From contig QPMI01000165.1 of NCBI GenBank assembly GCA_004431415.1, positions 124,001 to 188,000 on the forward strand: a DNA stretch of 64,000 nt. The letters run 5' to 3'. The notes beneath the pieces were generated by a model. It was given only the letters and a program-made list of their open reading frames with translations, was not told where the DNA came from and searched no databases. Positions 37,205 through 48,225 of this stretch are shown here, one piece after another (position 1 is the first letter of the stretch; every line of letters begins with the position of its first letter). Position numbers and translations under genes: made by a program. Source of the DNA: Cyanophora paradoxa CCMP329 (taxonomy: Eukaryota; Plantae; Glaucophyta).

Positions 37205-37822
37205 CCTCCGCTTGTGAGAACATGAATCTAGTGTAGTCCAGTTTCAGTCCGTGTCATGCTCCGTCAAAAAGGGCGGTGTCCGTCTGCCGCTCTCGTCGCA
37301 CTGCCCCTCTCTCGAAAACTGGATCACCTTAGATTCGTGTTCTCACAAGCCCCGCTGAATCTGCCCTTATATGAAGGAGGGTGGTGAAGGTCGTCGAGAG
37401 GGCGGGGTCGGCCGCGGGTCGCGAGCGATGTTGCTCGATGCACCTCGGTTCTATATAGGCTGAACTGCCTCCGCTTGTGAGAACATGAATCTAGTGTAGT
37501 CCAATCTGAGACAGGGGCCCTAGTGTGTTTCCATATTTGCGGGGGGGGGGGGCAGGGACGCCCCTAGCCTGGCCTGCGCCGCCTGTGCATGTTCGCATGC
37601 TGCTGCTTCTATATAGGCTGAACTGCCTCCGCTTGTGAGAGCATGATTCTAGTGTGATCCAGCCTGAGATGCTAAGCCCCCCCTCTCCAGTATGCACCCC
37701 TGGGTGGCGGGGGTAGGGTGTGACCTCAGCTCTGATGCCTGCCCTGCCCCGCCTGTGCATGTTCGCATGCTGCTGCTTCTATATAGGCTGAACTGCCTCC
37801 GCTTGTGAGAACATGATTCTAA
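37205..37822. repeat. Non-coding repeat block 2: inverted copy of block 1 plus two further units with unique spacers
   Basis: 37205-37503 is a permuted reverse complement of block 1; core at 37210(+), 37350(-), 37473, 37631, 37801(+), the last three preceded by CTATATAGGCTGAACTGCCTCC. Confidence 0.9.
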
Positions 37823-37959
37823 TGCACTCCACTGCACGCCGCCCGCCCCCCCCCCACCGCCCTCCACACCGCCCCACTCAGCCCCACCCAGCCCGCGGCC
37901 CTCCCCCCTACCCTCCCCTACCCCTCCCCCGGGCCCCCTCCCCCCCCTACCCGCCCAAC

Positions 37960-38673
37960 CGCTATGAACCACTTTCACAGCTGGGAACCGGTTGTGCTTT
38001 CCGAAGGCATCTGCAGTGGTACAGGGACGCTACCCACTACCAGGCCTTTCGCCGGGGCCTGCGGGGGATTGGAACCCCGTACTGGTTCATGGACTACCGG
38101 CACGATCACAAAGGGGAGCGGTACGATCACGGGGGCTTTCGGCTCCAGGTCCCCAACATGGCCACCGGAGTCAAAAAAGAAGACGGCATGGGGGGGTACG
38201 TCCCGGGCCAGTCCAAGACCATGGGCATCCGGTACGCGCAGATCAGCGCGAACTGGTGGCGGCTTGGGGCGATCATCGGCAACATCCTCTACAAGGGAGG
38301 GCAGATGACCGACTTCTCGCAGTCCGACAGGGACGAGCTCCGGTTCGCGCTCGACGAAATCTGGCCGTGCGGAGACTACGATTTCCACAAATCGGTCTGC
38401 AAAACGCCCCGGTCGGCCGAGCAGGTGAAGACGGCCATGCGGAGGGTGCTCGACCGCATCGGGACCATCGTGGACCGGTGCAACAAGGGCTCGCACGCCA
38501 TGTGCCGCCTCGACACGCTCATCAGGGCGATCAAGCTCGCCGAGATGGAGACCCTCGGCGACGGCTTGGTGGTCCAGTGGCCGGATCTGGCCGTGCGGTG
38601 GTCAAAGGACCCATACGCCGCACCACGCACCCCGTGGGGGGCTCCCCCGCGCGGGGGCCGGCCGGCCGGCTAG
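37960..38673 (+). CDS. Hypothetical protein (5' truncated or uncertain)
   Basis: About 235 aa of complex, globular-looking sequence. Confidence 0.5.
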   Translation, partial: RYEPLSQLGTGCAFRRHLQWYRDATHYQAFRRGLRGIGTPYWFMDYRHDHKGERYDHGGFRLQVPNMATGVKKEDGMGGYVPGQSKTMGIRYAQISANWWRLGAIIGNILYKGGQMTDFSQSDRDELRFALDEIWPCGDYDFHKSVCKTPRSAEQVKTAMRRVLDRIGTIVDRCNKGSHAMCRLDTLIRAIKLAEMETLGDGLVVQWPDLAVRWSKDPYAAPRTPWGAPPRGGRPAG

Positions 38674-39170
38674 CGGAGGCCATGGTAGAATATGTGCAGC
38701 ACGTCGCGGGACACGCGCTCCATGAGGTCGGAGGCCGCCCTGCACGGCCCGCACACCGGGCCCGAGAACCGGTAGAAATGCGCCCCGAGCCTCTCCTGGT
38801 GCTGGAGACTGTAGAGGGCCGTGGAGAGGTCCCTCGCGTCGCGTGCGAGCTGGGAGGGCGGGATGAGGAGGCTGCCTCCCTCGATCGATATCCCCCGCAG
38901 GAGCCTTGTCAGCCTGATCTCGATGAAGAGGCGGATGGGTACGGAGAGCCTCAGCCTCGCGTCGAAGAGGCGAGTCTCGTACCGCCCCCTCTCAATCTCC
39001 CTTCGTAGCGCCAGGAACGTCTCATAGTGCACAGAGGGGCCACCGCCGCCGACTTCGGCGGGCGAGGTGCGGAAGCGGAACAGCCGCGTGCCCCACCCCG
39101 GCCCGCTCTCCCCCCCCTGCATCCACCCGTCGTATGCGGCGCGGATGCGCCCCCCCAGCTCTGTTTGCAT
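38670..39170 (-). CDS. Hypothetical viral protein
   Basis: Complete 166-aa ORF downstream of an AT-rich spacer. Confidence 0.5.
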   Translation of the reverse strand: MQTELGGRIRAAYDGWMQGGESGPGWGTRLFRFRTSPAEVGGGGPSVHYETFLALRREIERGRYETRLFDARLRLSVPIRLFIEIRLTRLLRGISIEGGSLLIPPSQLARDARDLSTALYSLQHQERLGAHFYRFSGPVCGPCRAASDLMERVSRDVLHIFYHGLR

Positions 39171-39194
39171 CTCTGTGTATTTCCCACAAATTTC

Positions 39195-39674
39195 TCACGG
39201 CGCTGGTGGGCTGCCACCACTACTATTACTGCACCCGCCGCCGGCCCCAGCCTGCAGCAGGCCCCTGCTGCACGCTGCCACGCGCTCCCTGGCATCGGGG
39301 GCAAAGAGCAGAACGCCGCCCGCCCCACCGATGACGTGCCACAGGGGGTGCAGGACCTCGTACGAGGGCGAGCCCGGCGGGCCGCACGCGAGGTACGCCG
39401 TCATGGCGGCCGCCCCCAGGGCGAGGCACAGGGCGCTGTGGTGCACTTCGCCCCGCTGCGCCCGCCTCAGTGCGGCCGCAACGAAGCTGAGCAGCGCCGC
39501 AAGCGCAAGGAGGGTGTCGGCCCAGCACAGGGCCGTCCAGGGGCGCTCACCGTCGCGGTGGTAGAGGGTGCTGCCGGCCGCGAGCCCGGCAAAGAGGGCT
39601 GCCTGGGGCCACCAGCCGCCGGCCGCGGCGAGCCCGGCCGCGACCACCAGCGGGGCGTGTGATGGGACGAGCAT
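39195..39674 (-). CDS. CREST-superfamily (ceramidase/PAQR/TMEM8-like) membrane hydrolase, compact
   Basis: TM segments with STLYH, a conserved D (WADT) and HPLWH motifs. Confidence 0.6.
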   Translation of the reverse strand: MLVPSHAPLVVAAGLAAAGGWWPQAALFAGLAAGSTLYHRDGERPWTALCWADTLLALAALLSFVAAALRRAQRGEVHHSALCLALGAAAMTAYLACGPPGSPSYEVLHPLWHVIGGAGGVLLFAPDARERVAACSRGLLQAGAGGGCSNSSGGSPPAP

Positions 39675-39679
39675 AGGGC

Positions 39680-40020
39680 TCAGCCAAGGCCGGAGGTGAC
39701 GTCCGCTTCGTCGTACACGCCCGCCTCCTCCTCCCCCTCCTCCCGGCGCCGGCGCCGGCGGCGCTGCTGCTGCTGCTGCCCGCTGCCGGGACCGCCGTCG
39801 TCGTCTTCTGTCCCCATCATCATCACCCGGCGCAGGACTCGACGCTCCTTCACCGCCAGGCCCTCGTGTAGGAATTCGAACAGGCGCTCCGACTCCGCCT
39901 CGTCCCCCTGGAACCACTCCAGGAGGCGATCCCGGAGAGCGTCCTTCGTCAGCGTCTCCTTGCGCTTCAGGACCTTGAGGGTCAGCTTGCCGCCCGGGAT
40001 GTTGCAGGTCGCGAGGCCGC
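39680..40020 (-). pseudogene. Conserved NCLDV protein C-terminal fragment (DUF5760-like)
   Basis: CNIPGGKLTLKVLKRKETLTKDALRDRLLEWF...KERRVLRR. Confidence 0.5.
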
Positions 40021-40191
40021 CGCGCGCGCCGCCGCCGCCGCCTCTGCAGCTGCCTTCACCGCCGCCACCGTGCGCTAGTGCTATAGTAGTGTCTCGGCGG
40101 CCGCCAGCGCGTGCGTCGCCGTGGCAGGCAACGACACACGAGGCTTCGAACTTGCACAAAAGGGCCGACAAAAAAGGGGGACCCCCCTGAA

Positions 40192-40880
40192 CTAGTGGAC
40201 GGACCGACCGGCGTCCGTTTTCCCGGTACCCCCCTCGGAGGCGGCGTCCGTCCTGCGCGCGCGCTTGGCTGGCGCCGCCGCCGCGGCCTTCGTCTTCTTC
40301 CGTGCCGCGCGCTTCTTCTTCGGCCGGTCGCCCAGTATCATCGAGAGCACGTGCGCGCCCTGCAGGAACGCGTCGGCCGCATCGTCCTTCTTCCTCAGCG
40401 CGCTGAAGAAGGTGAGCGCCGGCCCGGAGACCATCCGCGAGCAGTGCTCGACCGAGAGGCTCTTGTTCCTCTGGTACGGCGTGTTCCACCCGTCGAACGG
40501 CACGGCGGCGGCGGCGTCGGACCCCGGCGGCGCCTCGGCGGCGGCGGACCCGGGCCCCCGGTAGACCGTGAGCTTGTTGCGCGGGCAGACGAAGCGCACC
40601 TCCGCGCCGCGCCGCCTGCACACGAAGTACGTCTGGATCGCGTGGGCGATTGCATGCATCTTCTTGCACGCTATCGTCTGACTCTCGATGGCAACGCAGT
40701 CGGGCAGGAGCATGAAGGGGCGAGAGTCGAAGGCGCGCACGAGGGCGGCACAGGCTTCCTCGGCGGTGCGCGCCCCGAGATCGATTACGCCCCACGCGTG
40801 GACCGCCACGGGCGGGGTTGGATCCTCCTCCGCTTCCGCCCCCGCCTCTTCCTCCCCCCCATCCTGCTCCTCCTCCTCGG
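40192..40880 (-). pseudogene. Holliday junction resolvase, poxvirus A22/RuvC-like; N-terminal catalytic strand missing
   Basis: WGVIDL, VAIESQ, IQTYF, PRNKL, YQRNKSLSV, KKDDAADAFLQG. Confidence 0.8.
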
Positions 40881-40980
40881 GGCTTGTAGATATATAGATA
40901 GTAGCGTAGGTAGCTTGGGCGCGTTGAAAAATTATCTCATAGAGTAAGCACACTGCACTTCGCGCTGTGGCACAATAACC

Positions 40981-41301
40981 ATGTCCCGATCGACGATGTC
41001 CGGCGCCAAGGAATTCTTCACCCGGTCGCTCAGCTCGTGCCCCTACGGCCTGACGGGGGGGATCTGCCTGTCGTACCTGGTCTTCCAGATGCTCGTCAGC
41101 ACGACGAGCGGCATCGTCCTCGCCCTGCGGGCGAGCAAGGCGAACAAGGAGGCCAACGCCGCCGAGGCAACCTACCTCGGGATCATCGCCGCGATCCAGT
41201 TCATCTTCCTGCTCGTCTCGGTCATCGCGGCGGTCCGCGTGTGGAAGTCATCCAGGGGCCCCGCGTCCGTTAACCCGAACCTGCAGGATATCTACTACTG
41301 A
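40981..41301 (+). CDS. Small two-TM membrane protein
   Basis: Complete 106-aa ORF with two hydrophobic helices. Confidence 0.55.
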   Translation: MSRSTMSGAKEFFTRSLSSCPYGLTGGICLSYLVFQMLVSTTSGIVLALRASKANKEANAAEATYLGIIAAIQFIFLLVSVIAAVRVWKSSRGPASVNPNLQDIYY

Positions 41302-41423
41302 CCGCGAGCTAGGCCAGGCCGCACCGGCGCGTCACGCGAGGCGCTCGAAATGTGCTGAGACTTGTATACATAGACACACACACACACACACACAAGCACG
41401 TGCTCTCTGTGCACGCCGTGACC

Positions 41424-41813
41424 ATGGCATCCTCCCGTCACCACCACGGCCACCACCACCACCACCACGGCGGCGGCCGCGGCCCTCGGCGCGTCGCCCC
41501 CGGTGCCGGCGCTCACGTGCACTGGCACCCGCGCTACCCGCCCTCCGCGCGGGCCGAGTCGCTCTGGGTCTCGGAGCACGTCGACGAGCTGCTGGACGTG
41601 TGGGACGCGCTCGAGGAGTTCCGCTCCTCCTGGGGGCTGCTCGACGCCTGCTCCTTCCCGCAGTTCTGCTCGTTCGTCTGCAGGCACTCGCTCTCCTCCG
41701 GGCCGCACCTGTGCAAGGGGCCCCGCTCCTGGCCGGGCTCGGCCCCCGCCGTTGTTGTCGCCGCCGAGGGCGGCGCCTCGGAGGAGGAACGCCCCTCGTC
41801 GCCTCCGCCGTGA
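41424..41813 (+). CDS. Small conserved algal-virus-type hypothetical protein with His tract
   Basis: WVSEHVDELLDVWDALEEF...LDACSFPQFCSFV. Confidence 0.5.
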   Translation: MASSRHHHGHHHHHHGGGRGPRRVAPGAGAHVHWHPRYPPSARAESLWVSEHVDELLDVWDALEEFRSSWGLLDACSFPQFCSFVCRHSLSSGPHLCKGPRSWPGSAPAVVVAAEGGASEEERPSSPPP

Positions 41814-42199
41814 CGATCATGCCGCTGCCGCTTCCTGTTCTCGTCGTCGCCGGCGGGCGCCAACCTGCTGGCAGCAGCCCTCTTCTTCGGGACTGCACCG
41901 GGTACGTGCGCTGGCACCTGCCCCGTGACCCGCGCGGTGCGCAGGTCGGCCCAGAACGCGCGGAGGGCGGGGAGGGCGCGGTCGCGGAACCAGGCGCGGT
42001 CGCGCGGGATCTCGAGGCAGTCGTAGACGGCGGGGATGCTCCGTGGTCGGACGGTCTGGCACGTGTAGGGGGTACACGTTGCCCGGCCCGGCCCGGCCCC
42101 GGCGCGTTGCCTTGGGCCCCGCCCAACTCTTTGCCTGTCACCAGGCAGATATTCTTCAGCTCATGTCTTCCGCGACGTCCTCTTTCCCCACGCCACCCC

Positions 42200-42795
42200 C
42201 AGGGCCGCCGCCGCCGATCCGCGTCGTGATGGTTTCGGAGCCGGCCGCCGCGGCACCGGACACGCCCGGCCCGGCGGCCGCGCCTTTGGCCGCGGGAGTC
42301 GAACATCCTCAGGAAGCGCCTCTCATCCACGCAAGGTGCGAGCAGGTCCCAGAACATGAGCTCTAGGGGAAGGGGCCGGGGCCAGCCGTAGCGGCCGTCG
42401 GGGCCAGCGAAGGATAGGACCCGTGATGTGACGTCGACGTTGGAGGACTCGTCCTCTGTGGCGCGCCCCAGCGTGGCGGAGAGGACCCGGGCCGGCGGCC
42501 GGGCGTGCCCGCCTGTGGCGCCGGCCGGAGGGGGGAATTCAACGGTATCGTCCGTGGGGCGGAACGCGGCGCGCCAGAGGAGGCTGGTGTCGGCCGCTGC
42601 CCCCCCCCGCACGTCCCAGTACTCTACCACGGCCCCAAAGTGGAGGGCGGACGGCCGCCCCGTCCCAAAGATCTCCCGGAATGGTGCCCGCAGCACCGAG
42701 TGGCCGGCCAGGGCGTCCTGCAGCGTGCGCGTGACGTCGAGGGGGCGCGGCTTGCCGCCGCCACGGTCGCCGGCGAGAAGGATCGCGCGCGACAC
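42200..42795 (-). pseudogene. Conserved NCLDV hypothetical protein fragment
   Basis: VLSATL...DVTSRVLSFAGPDG motif. Confidence 0.4.
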
Positions 42796-43235
42796 CCCGC
42801 GGCCGGTCCTGCCAGACGATTATCCCGGCGGAAATTTCGATCCCACTGGGAAACGCACGATGTCGTCCTGGCTCCTGGGCGGGGCCGCCCGCCAGGCGCC
42901 GGCCGTCCGGCAGCAGCAGCAGCAGCAGCAGCAGCAGCCCCCGCCGCCTCCGCCGCCTTCGCGGCCCCCCAAGAAGGGCACGATCCCGTGGCTCACCCAC
43001 AAGATGGAGCGGAGGGCCCTGCGGGAGATCTACCAGGCCGCGGGGAAGCGGGGCTTCCTGAAGGAGGACCTCCTCCTCCCGAGCCTCGGCATCTCCGCAG
43101 GCCGATTCGCGCTCGACTACCTGTATTACTCGCACGTGAGGAACGCCGAGCGGCGCGGCCGGGCGGCGGCAGCGGCAGCCCGGGCGTTGCCGCCGCCGGG
43201 CGCGGCCGGACCGTCGCCCGTTTTTTGGCGAGTTC

Positions 43236-43877
43236 ATGGACGCCTGGAGCGAGCTCGCCACCCCCTCGGACCGCTCCCTCGGCCGCCTCATCGGCCACGG
43301 CTCGCAGGCTGACCGCATCACGTGGGCGCAGAGCGACCAGTACCTCTACATCCCGCTCCACTGGTGGTTCAGCCGCTTCCGCGCCCAGGCCCTGCCCATC
43401 GTCGCGCTCCCGCTGCACACGGTGAAGATCACCGTGCACTTCAAGAAGCTCGACGAGGTCGCCGTCGCCTCCGGCGGCGCCACCCTCTCGTCGGCGCCCG
43501 CCTCGGGCGCCATCGAGTCGTGCGTCATTGGGTCGAACCAGGTCTACCTCGACCAGATGGAGCGCACCCTCTTCGCCAACGCCCGCGAGTCGGAGTACCT
43601 GATCGACCTCGTCCAGCATGCCGGCACCGACCAGGTCGCGGCGGGCTCGACCTCCCTGAAGATCCCGATCCGCTTCAACCTCCCCGTCAAGGAGCTCATC
43701 TTCTTCTTCCGGAAGAACACCAGCAAGGCCGCCAAGGACTACTTCAACTACAACGGCGACTACACCGACTTCGGCGACTGGTTCAAGGACTGCACGCTGC
43801 AGCTCAACAACAACAACCGTTTCGCGCCCCGCGACCCGAACTACTTCCGCTTCGTGCAGCCCCTGGAGCACCACACG
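43236..43877 (+). pseudogene. MCP: Major capsid protein (double jelly-roll), internal fragment
   Basis: LYIPLHWWF...ALPIVALPLHTVKI...YLDQMERTLFA...EYLIDLVQ...FNLPVKELIF...LQLNNNNRF...YFRFVQPLEHHT; both termini missing. Confidence 0.93.
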
Positions 43878-44830
43878 GTCGCCGCGGCCGAGGGGGCGCT
43901 CGCCGGCTCTGGCGGTGCCCAGGCGCGCCGCGTCTTCGTGGCGCTCCAGCACGCCTCCAACGTGACAGGGGCCTTCCAGGACATCGGCGGTATCGCGGAG
44001 GCGCTCAAGCAGAGCGCCGTCCTCCGCGGCCGCTACGTGCTCTTCGTGGACTGCGCCGCCTCCGCCCCGTACGCCCCGCTCGTCATGGCGGCGCCCGAGT
44101 TCGGACCGCGGTCCTTGAGGCCCCCGGGCGAGCTCCGGAGCCTCGCCCTCCCGGACGGGATCCACGTTCACGCCGCCGCCTTCTCACCCCACAAGCTCGT
44201 GGGCGGCCAGGAGGCCCCCGGTGTGCTCGTCGCGCACGCCAGCCTCTTCGTCGAGGACGTGCCCTACCAGCCGGGCGGCGGCACCGTCTGGGCCGCGACC
44301 GGCGGCCGCATCGGCTACCACGACGACCCCGAGGCCCGCGAGGCCGGCGGGACGCCCTCGATCCTGGGCATCATCCGCGCGGGGTTCGCCATCGAGATAC
44401 AGAAGGCGTTTCTGCACTACATCGGCCTCGCCGACCAGGCCCTCTGCGCCGTGCTGGACGAGTTTGAATCTTCGGGGGCGACGAGGGCGTGCGGGATCAG
44501 CCGCATCCACCTCCCGGCGGGGGCGGCGGCGGCCCAGCGCCCCCCTCACCGCAGCCCGATCCTGTCCTTCTGGCTCAGGGCCGGCGCCCGCTGCCACGTC
44601 CGCCCCCAGCTCCTCACGGTGCTCCTCAACGACCTCTTCGGCATCCAGGCCCGCGCGGGGGTCTCGTGCGCCGCGCTCCTGGCGCAGTGGGTCTCCGGCG
44701 GCGAGGCCTGGGCCGAGGAGGCCTACCGCGCCATCGAGGACCCCAATGCCGGCTGCCCCAGCTGGTACGGCTGGACCCGCGTGACCCTGCACTTCACCAT
44801 GCGCCCGGCGGTCGTGGGGTACATCCTCGT
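43878..44830 (+). pseudogene. Aminotransferase class V (cysteine desulfurase-like, PLP) internal fragment
   Basis: ASNVTG, VDCAASAPY, FSPHKLVGG (PLP lysine), PGGGTV, REAGGTP, LLNDLFGIQARAGVSCA, GWTRV. Confidence 0.9.
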
Positions 44831-45190
44831 GATCCTGGATGTGGGGCCACACGCGCTGCTGTCGGTTCTTGACCTCGAGCACCTCGCCGGTCCCCTCAAT
44901 GATCCCGTCCAGGCGCCCGCACAGGAGCAGCGTGGGGCGGCCCGGCCCCGGTAGCGGCAGCTCACGGTGGTGGAGGGCGATGTTCGAGCCGCGGATGACC
45001 CGGCGGCCGGCGTGCCGCTCGAAGGCCTCGACCGAGGCCGACTCGAGCGCCATGCCGGCCTCGCGCGCCTTCGCCACCTGCTCCGGCACCAGGTCGCGCC
45101 GGGGCCGCGCCCGCCGGCTGGTGGGGTTGCGCGCGATGGCCGCGTCGTAGCTCTCGGGCGACGCCGCCGGCCGGCAGCCCAAGTCGTTCA
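44820..45190 (-). pseudogene. YqaJ/lambda-type exonuclease internal fragment
   Basis: GMALES...LCGRLDGI...VLEVKNRQQRVWPHIQDHEDV; truncated before the QxQxY motif. Confidence 0.75.
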
Positions 45191-45882
45191 AATCGTCTCC
45201 GCCGGCCGGCTACTCCGCCTCCATGAACGGCGCGGTGGTCTCCTTCGAGGGCGGCGGCACGGGGACGCTGGGCAGCCCCGCGGCGACCACCATGTACCTC
45301 TCCCGCTCGGACCTCCCGGGCCAGGTCGCGCTCACGAAGCAGGCGATGGCGGCTGAGGCGCCGCCGGTATAACGCCGGCGCCCGCATCTTCATTCGTCGT
45401 CGTCGGCGGCGGCGTCGGCGGCGCTTCGGCGGCGGTAGAAGTACCGGCGACCGCGGCCTGCGCGATGGCCGTATGGACCGCCTCCGTCAGCGGCCCCTGG
45501 GGCTGGGCCTGGGCCTGGGCCCGGGCCTGGGCGATGGCAGCGGCCTGGCGCGCGGCCTCGCACTGCGAGCACTGGGCCGCCGCCGCCGCGGCGCGGCGGG
45601 CCTGGGCCTCGGCGGCCTGGGCCTCGCGCATCCGCTGCACCCTGCAGTAGAGGTAGTAGCACCCCGCAAAGACGACCACCGCGGCCGCGGCCGCACTCGA
45701 CCTGCTCGCGTGCCGAGGGCCGGCCTGCCGGGCGGCCGGCCGCCGGAACATCGCGGCCGTCCGCTCCGGCCCCTGCGGCCACGTGGCCCTCTGCGTGCCC
45801 TGCGCGGGCGCGGCGGGCGCGCGGGTCTGCCCCGCCCCCCGCTGCGGCCGGGCGCTGCAGCTGGCCACAACAGCCTCCACGC

Positions 45883-46240
45883 TCATCGAGCTCCTGCCTT
45901 AGTAGCCGTAGTAGTAGTCCTGGTTGTAGCCGCCGTGGTCACGAGGTGCTGGAGCCCGCGCGCCGCGTCGCGGGTCGAGAGGCGCCCGGCCCGGTGCGCG
46001 AGGAGGAGCTCGTCCAGGGTGCTGCCGTGCCCGCCCCGGCAGGCGCTCACCTGGGGGGGGGGGGGGGGCGCCCGCCGACGATCAGAGCGCGTGCACACGT
46101 ACGTACGGACCGTGCCTCACTCACCATCGCGCCCACGTTGTCCCCGAAACCCCACGTGCCCGCCACCCACGCATGACACGATGCGACCTCACACACGGCC
46201 ACCACGCAGTGGCGCGAGCCCAGGCACGAGACGATGGCGA
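45883..46240 (-). pseudogene. Hypothetical protein fragment with GT-AG intron (46051-46124)
   Basis: GCG ATG|gtgagt...ctgat...ccccag|GTG AGC joins two ORFs in frame. Confidence 0.45.
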
Positions 46241-46279
46241 TGGCCGACCCGTCCGGGGCGGCGGCTGCGTCGGGGGGCG

Positions 46280-46895
46280 GGGGCGGGGGCGCCGATCCGG
46301 GGGCGGAGGGGGCCGCGGCCTCGAACTCTCGGATCCCGGCCTCCAGCCGGGCCTGCGATTCTGCCAGCTGGGCCTGCAGGACGGCCTTCTCCCGCTGGCA
46401 TTCGGCCAGCTGTTCTCCCCTCGCCGCCAGGTCGGCTTCCAGTGCGGCCCAGCCCAGTTGAAGCCGTTCAAGGGCCCGTCTACATGCAGCCAATTCCCCT
46501 CTGCAGTCCCCAAGCTTGCGGGACTCCAACGTTAATGCCCGCTTGCGGTCTTCCAGCTCAGCTGCCGTCTGGTCCGCGCGCCTCCGCTGTTCGACGGCCT
46601 CGGCGCCCGCCTGCTGTTCCCTGGCCCGAGCGGCCTGGAGCTCGGCCTCCAGGTCGTTGATCTCGGCATCCCTGGCCTGCAGCTGCCCCGCTAGATCCGC
46701 CACCCGCCGCTGGCAATCGGCCAGCAGCTCCTGCCCTCCCGCGCCGGCGGCGGCGGCGGCCGCCGCCTCCGCTTGCTGTCCGAGCTGCTGCTGAGCCGCC
46801 GCTAGCCGTGCCCGGAGATCCATGTTCCGCGCCCCAACCCTCTGCAGCTCCCGGCTCGCCTCCCGCAGCCGGTCTTCACAGTCCTGCCCGGGCAT
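46280..46895 (-). CDS. Coiled-coil protein fragment
   Basis: Heptad-rich LREASRELQRV...LQAQLAESQARLEA. Confidence 0.5.
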
Positions 46896-47204
46896 CGGGG
46901 CGGGAGGCGAGGGGGGCCGAATATCGATAGACAACAATCCGCCTCCACCGTCCTCCGGTGGACGACGCCGGTGATCGAACTGCCCGCCGCCGGCTTCACG
47001 TCCAAGCGCTCCTCGAACGCTGCGAGGGCCTGCCTGCTGCTCCCCAGCCTGCAGCAGTGTGTGTCAGTCGGCCGGGGGCCGCACGCGGCGGCCGGCCGGG
47101 GCGCGCACGACTTGAGTCCATCGTGAGGCGCACACTCGGGAGCAGCGTTGTTGTTGCCATGCAGCAGCAGGAAGCACACTACTACGGGGGGGATAGATGA
47201 TATT

Positions 47205-48225
47205 TCAACGGGCGCGGGGGCCCGCCCGCGCCCTCCACTCCGCCCGCACCGCCCCGAAGATGCTCTCCGACTCGACCGGGCCCCAGCGCTCCGGGAAGGG
47301 GGGCGGCCAGCGCCCGATCGCGACGGCCTCCACGAACTCGGGCCCGCCCACGTACGAGGCGACCCGCCACCAGGCGCCCTGGAGGAGGAAGCCCACCGCG
47401 CAGAGGGACGGGCCGGCGCGGTCCAGCGCGGCGCGCAGTCCGGCGCGGCAGGCGCAGGCGTACGCCGGGTCGGACACCATGAGCGCCGGGCGGAAGGGGA
47501 GGAGCGGCGGCGGCGCCGATGGCCGCCCCGCCTCCGCCGGTCTGAAGCTCAGCGCCCGTGCCGCCCCCTCCACCAGCGCCGCCGCCGCCAGCGCCGCCTC
47601 GATCGCCGCCTGCGCCTGCGGTGCGTGGGGCCCGGCCACACGCGCGCGGCGCACGCATGCGAACCTCGGCCGACCCGCAGCGGGCCGCGTACGCCTCCCT
47701 GCTCTCGGGGGCCACGGGGAAGGCCGGCGGCGCAGGCGCCGGCGGGGTGACGAGCCCCGTCACGGCGGCCATGCGCAGGAGGAGGGAGGGGTCGCCCTGG
47801 ACGGCACCTGGCAGATCTGCAGTCGGGGGGAGGCCGGCGAGCTCGTCGTCGCCGCTGCCCGGAACGACGGCCGCCGACGCCGTGAGCCAGAGGGCCGGCT
47901 CGTCCAGGGGGCGCACGGCCGCGCGGACGTGGCCCCCGTACAGGGAAGGGGCGGGCGGGCCCCACTGCACGAGCCAGTGGTCGGCGGCCCCGTGGTCGGA
48001 GCGGAAGTTCTGGCGGAAGTACGGCTGGCCGAGGGCGTCGCGCGAGAGGCAGGCCTCGGGCGCGCCCTCGGCGGACTCGATGCGCACGAGTACGTGCCGC
48101 GCCCTCTCGGCGCCGTCGTTGACGAGGTGCGCGGTGTAGTTGTGCACGACGGTCGCCCCGCCCCCCGCCGCGTCGGGCCAGGAGAGCGTGAAGTGGGTGG
48201 CGAGGGGAGGAGGGGGCGCCGCCAT
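47205..48225 (-). CDS. Hypothetical protein with one 49-nt GT-AG intron (47616-47664)
   Basis: GCC GAG|gttcgc...ccgcag|GCG CAG joins two ORFs in frame; ATG and stop both present. Confidence 0.6.

Noticed and set aside
36077-37822. CRISPR array
   Set aside because: Repeats are long, in mixed orientation and irregularly spaced; no cas genes; eukaryotic/viral context.
43236-44954. Genuine 572-aa capsid-aminotransferase fusion protein
   Set aside because: Both domains lack their termini and the tail is antisense YqaJ; a chance in-frame join among many junctions.
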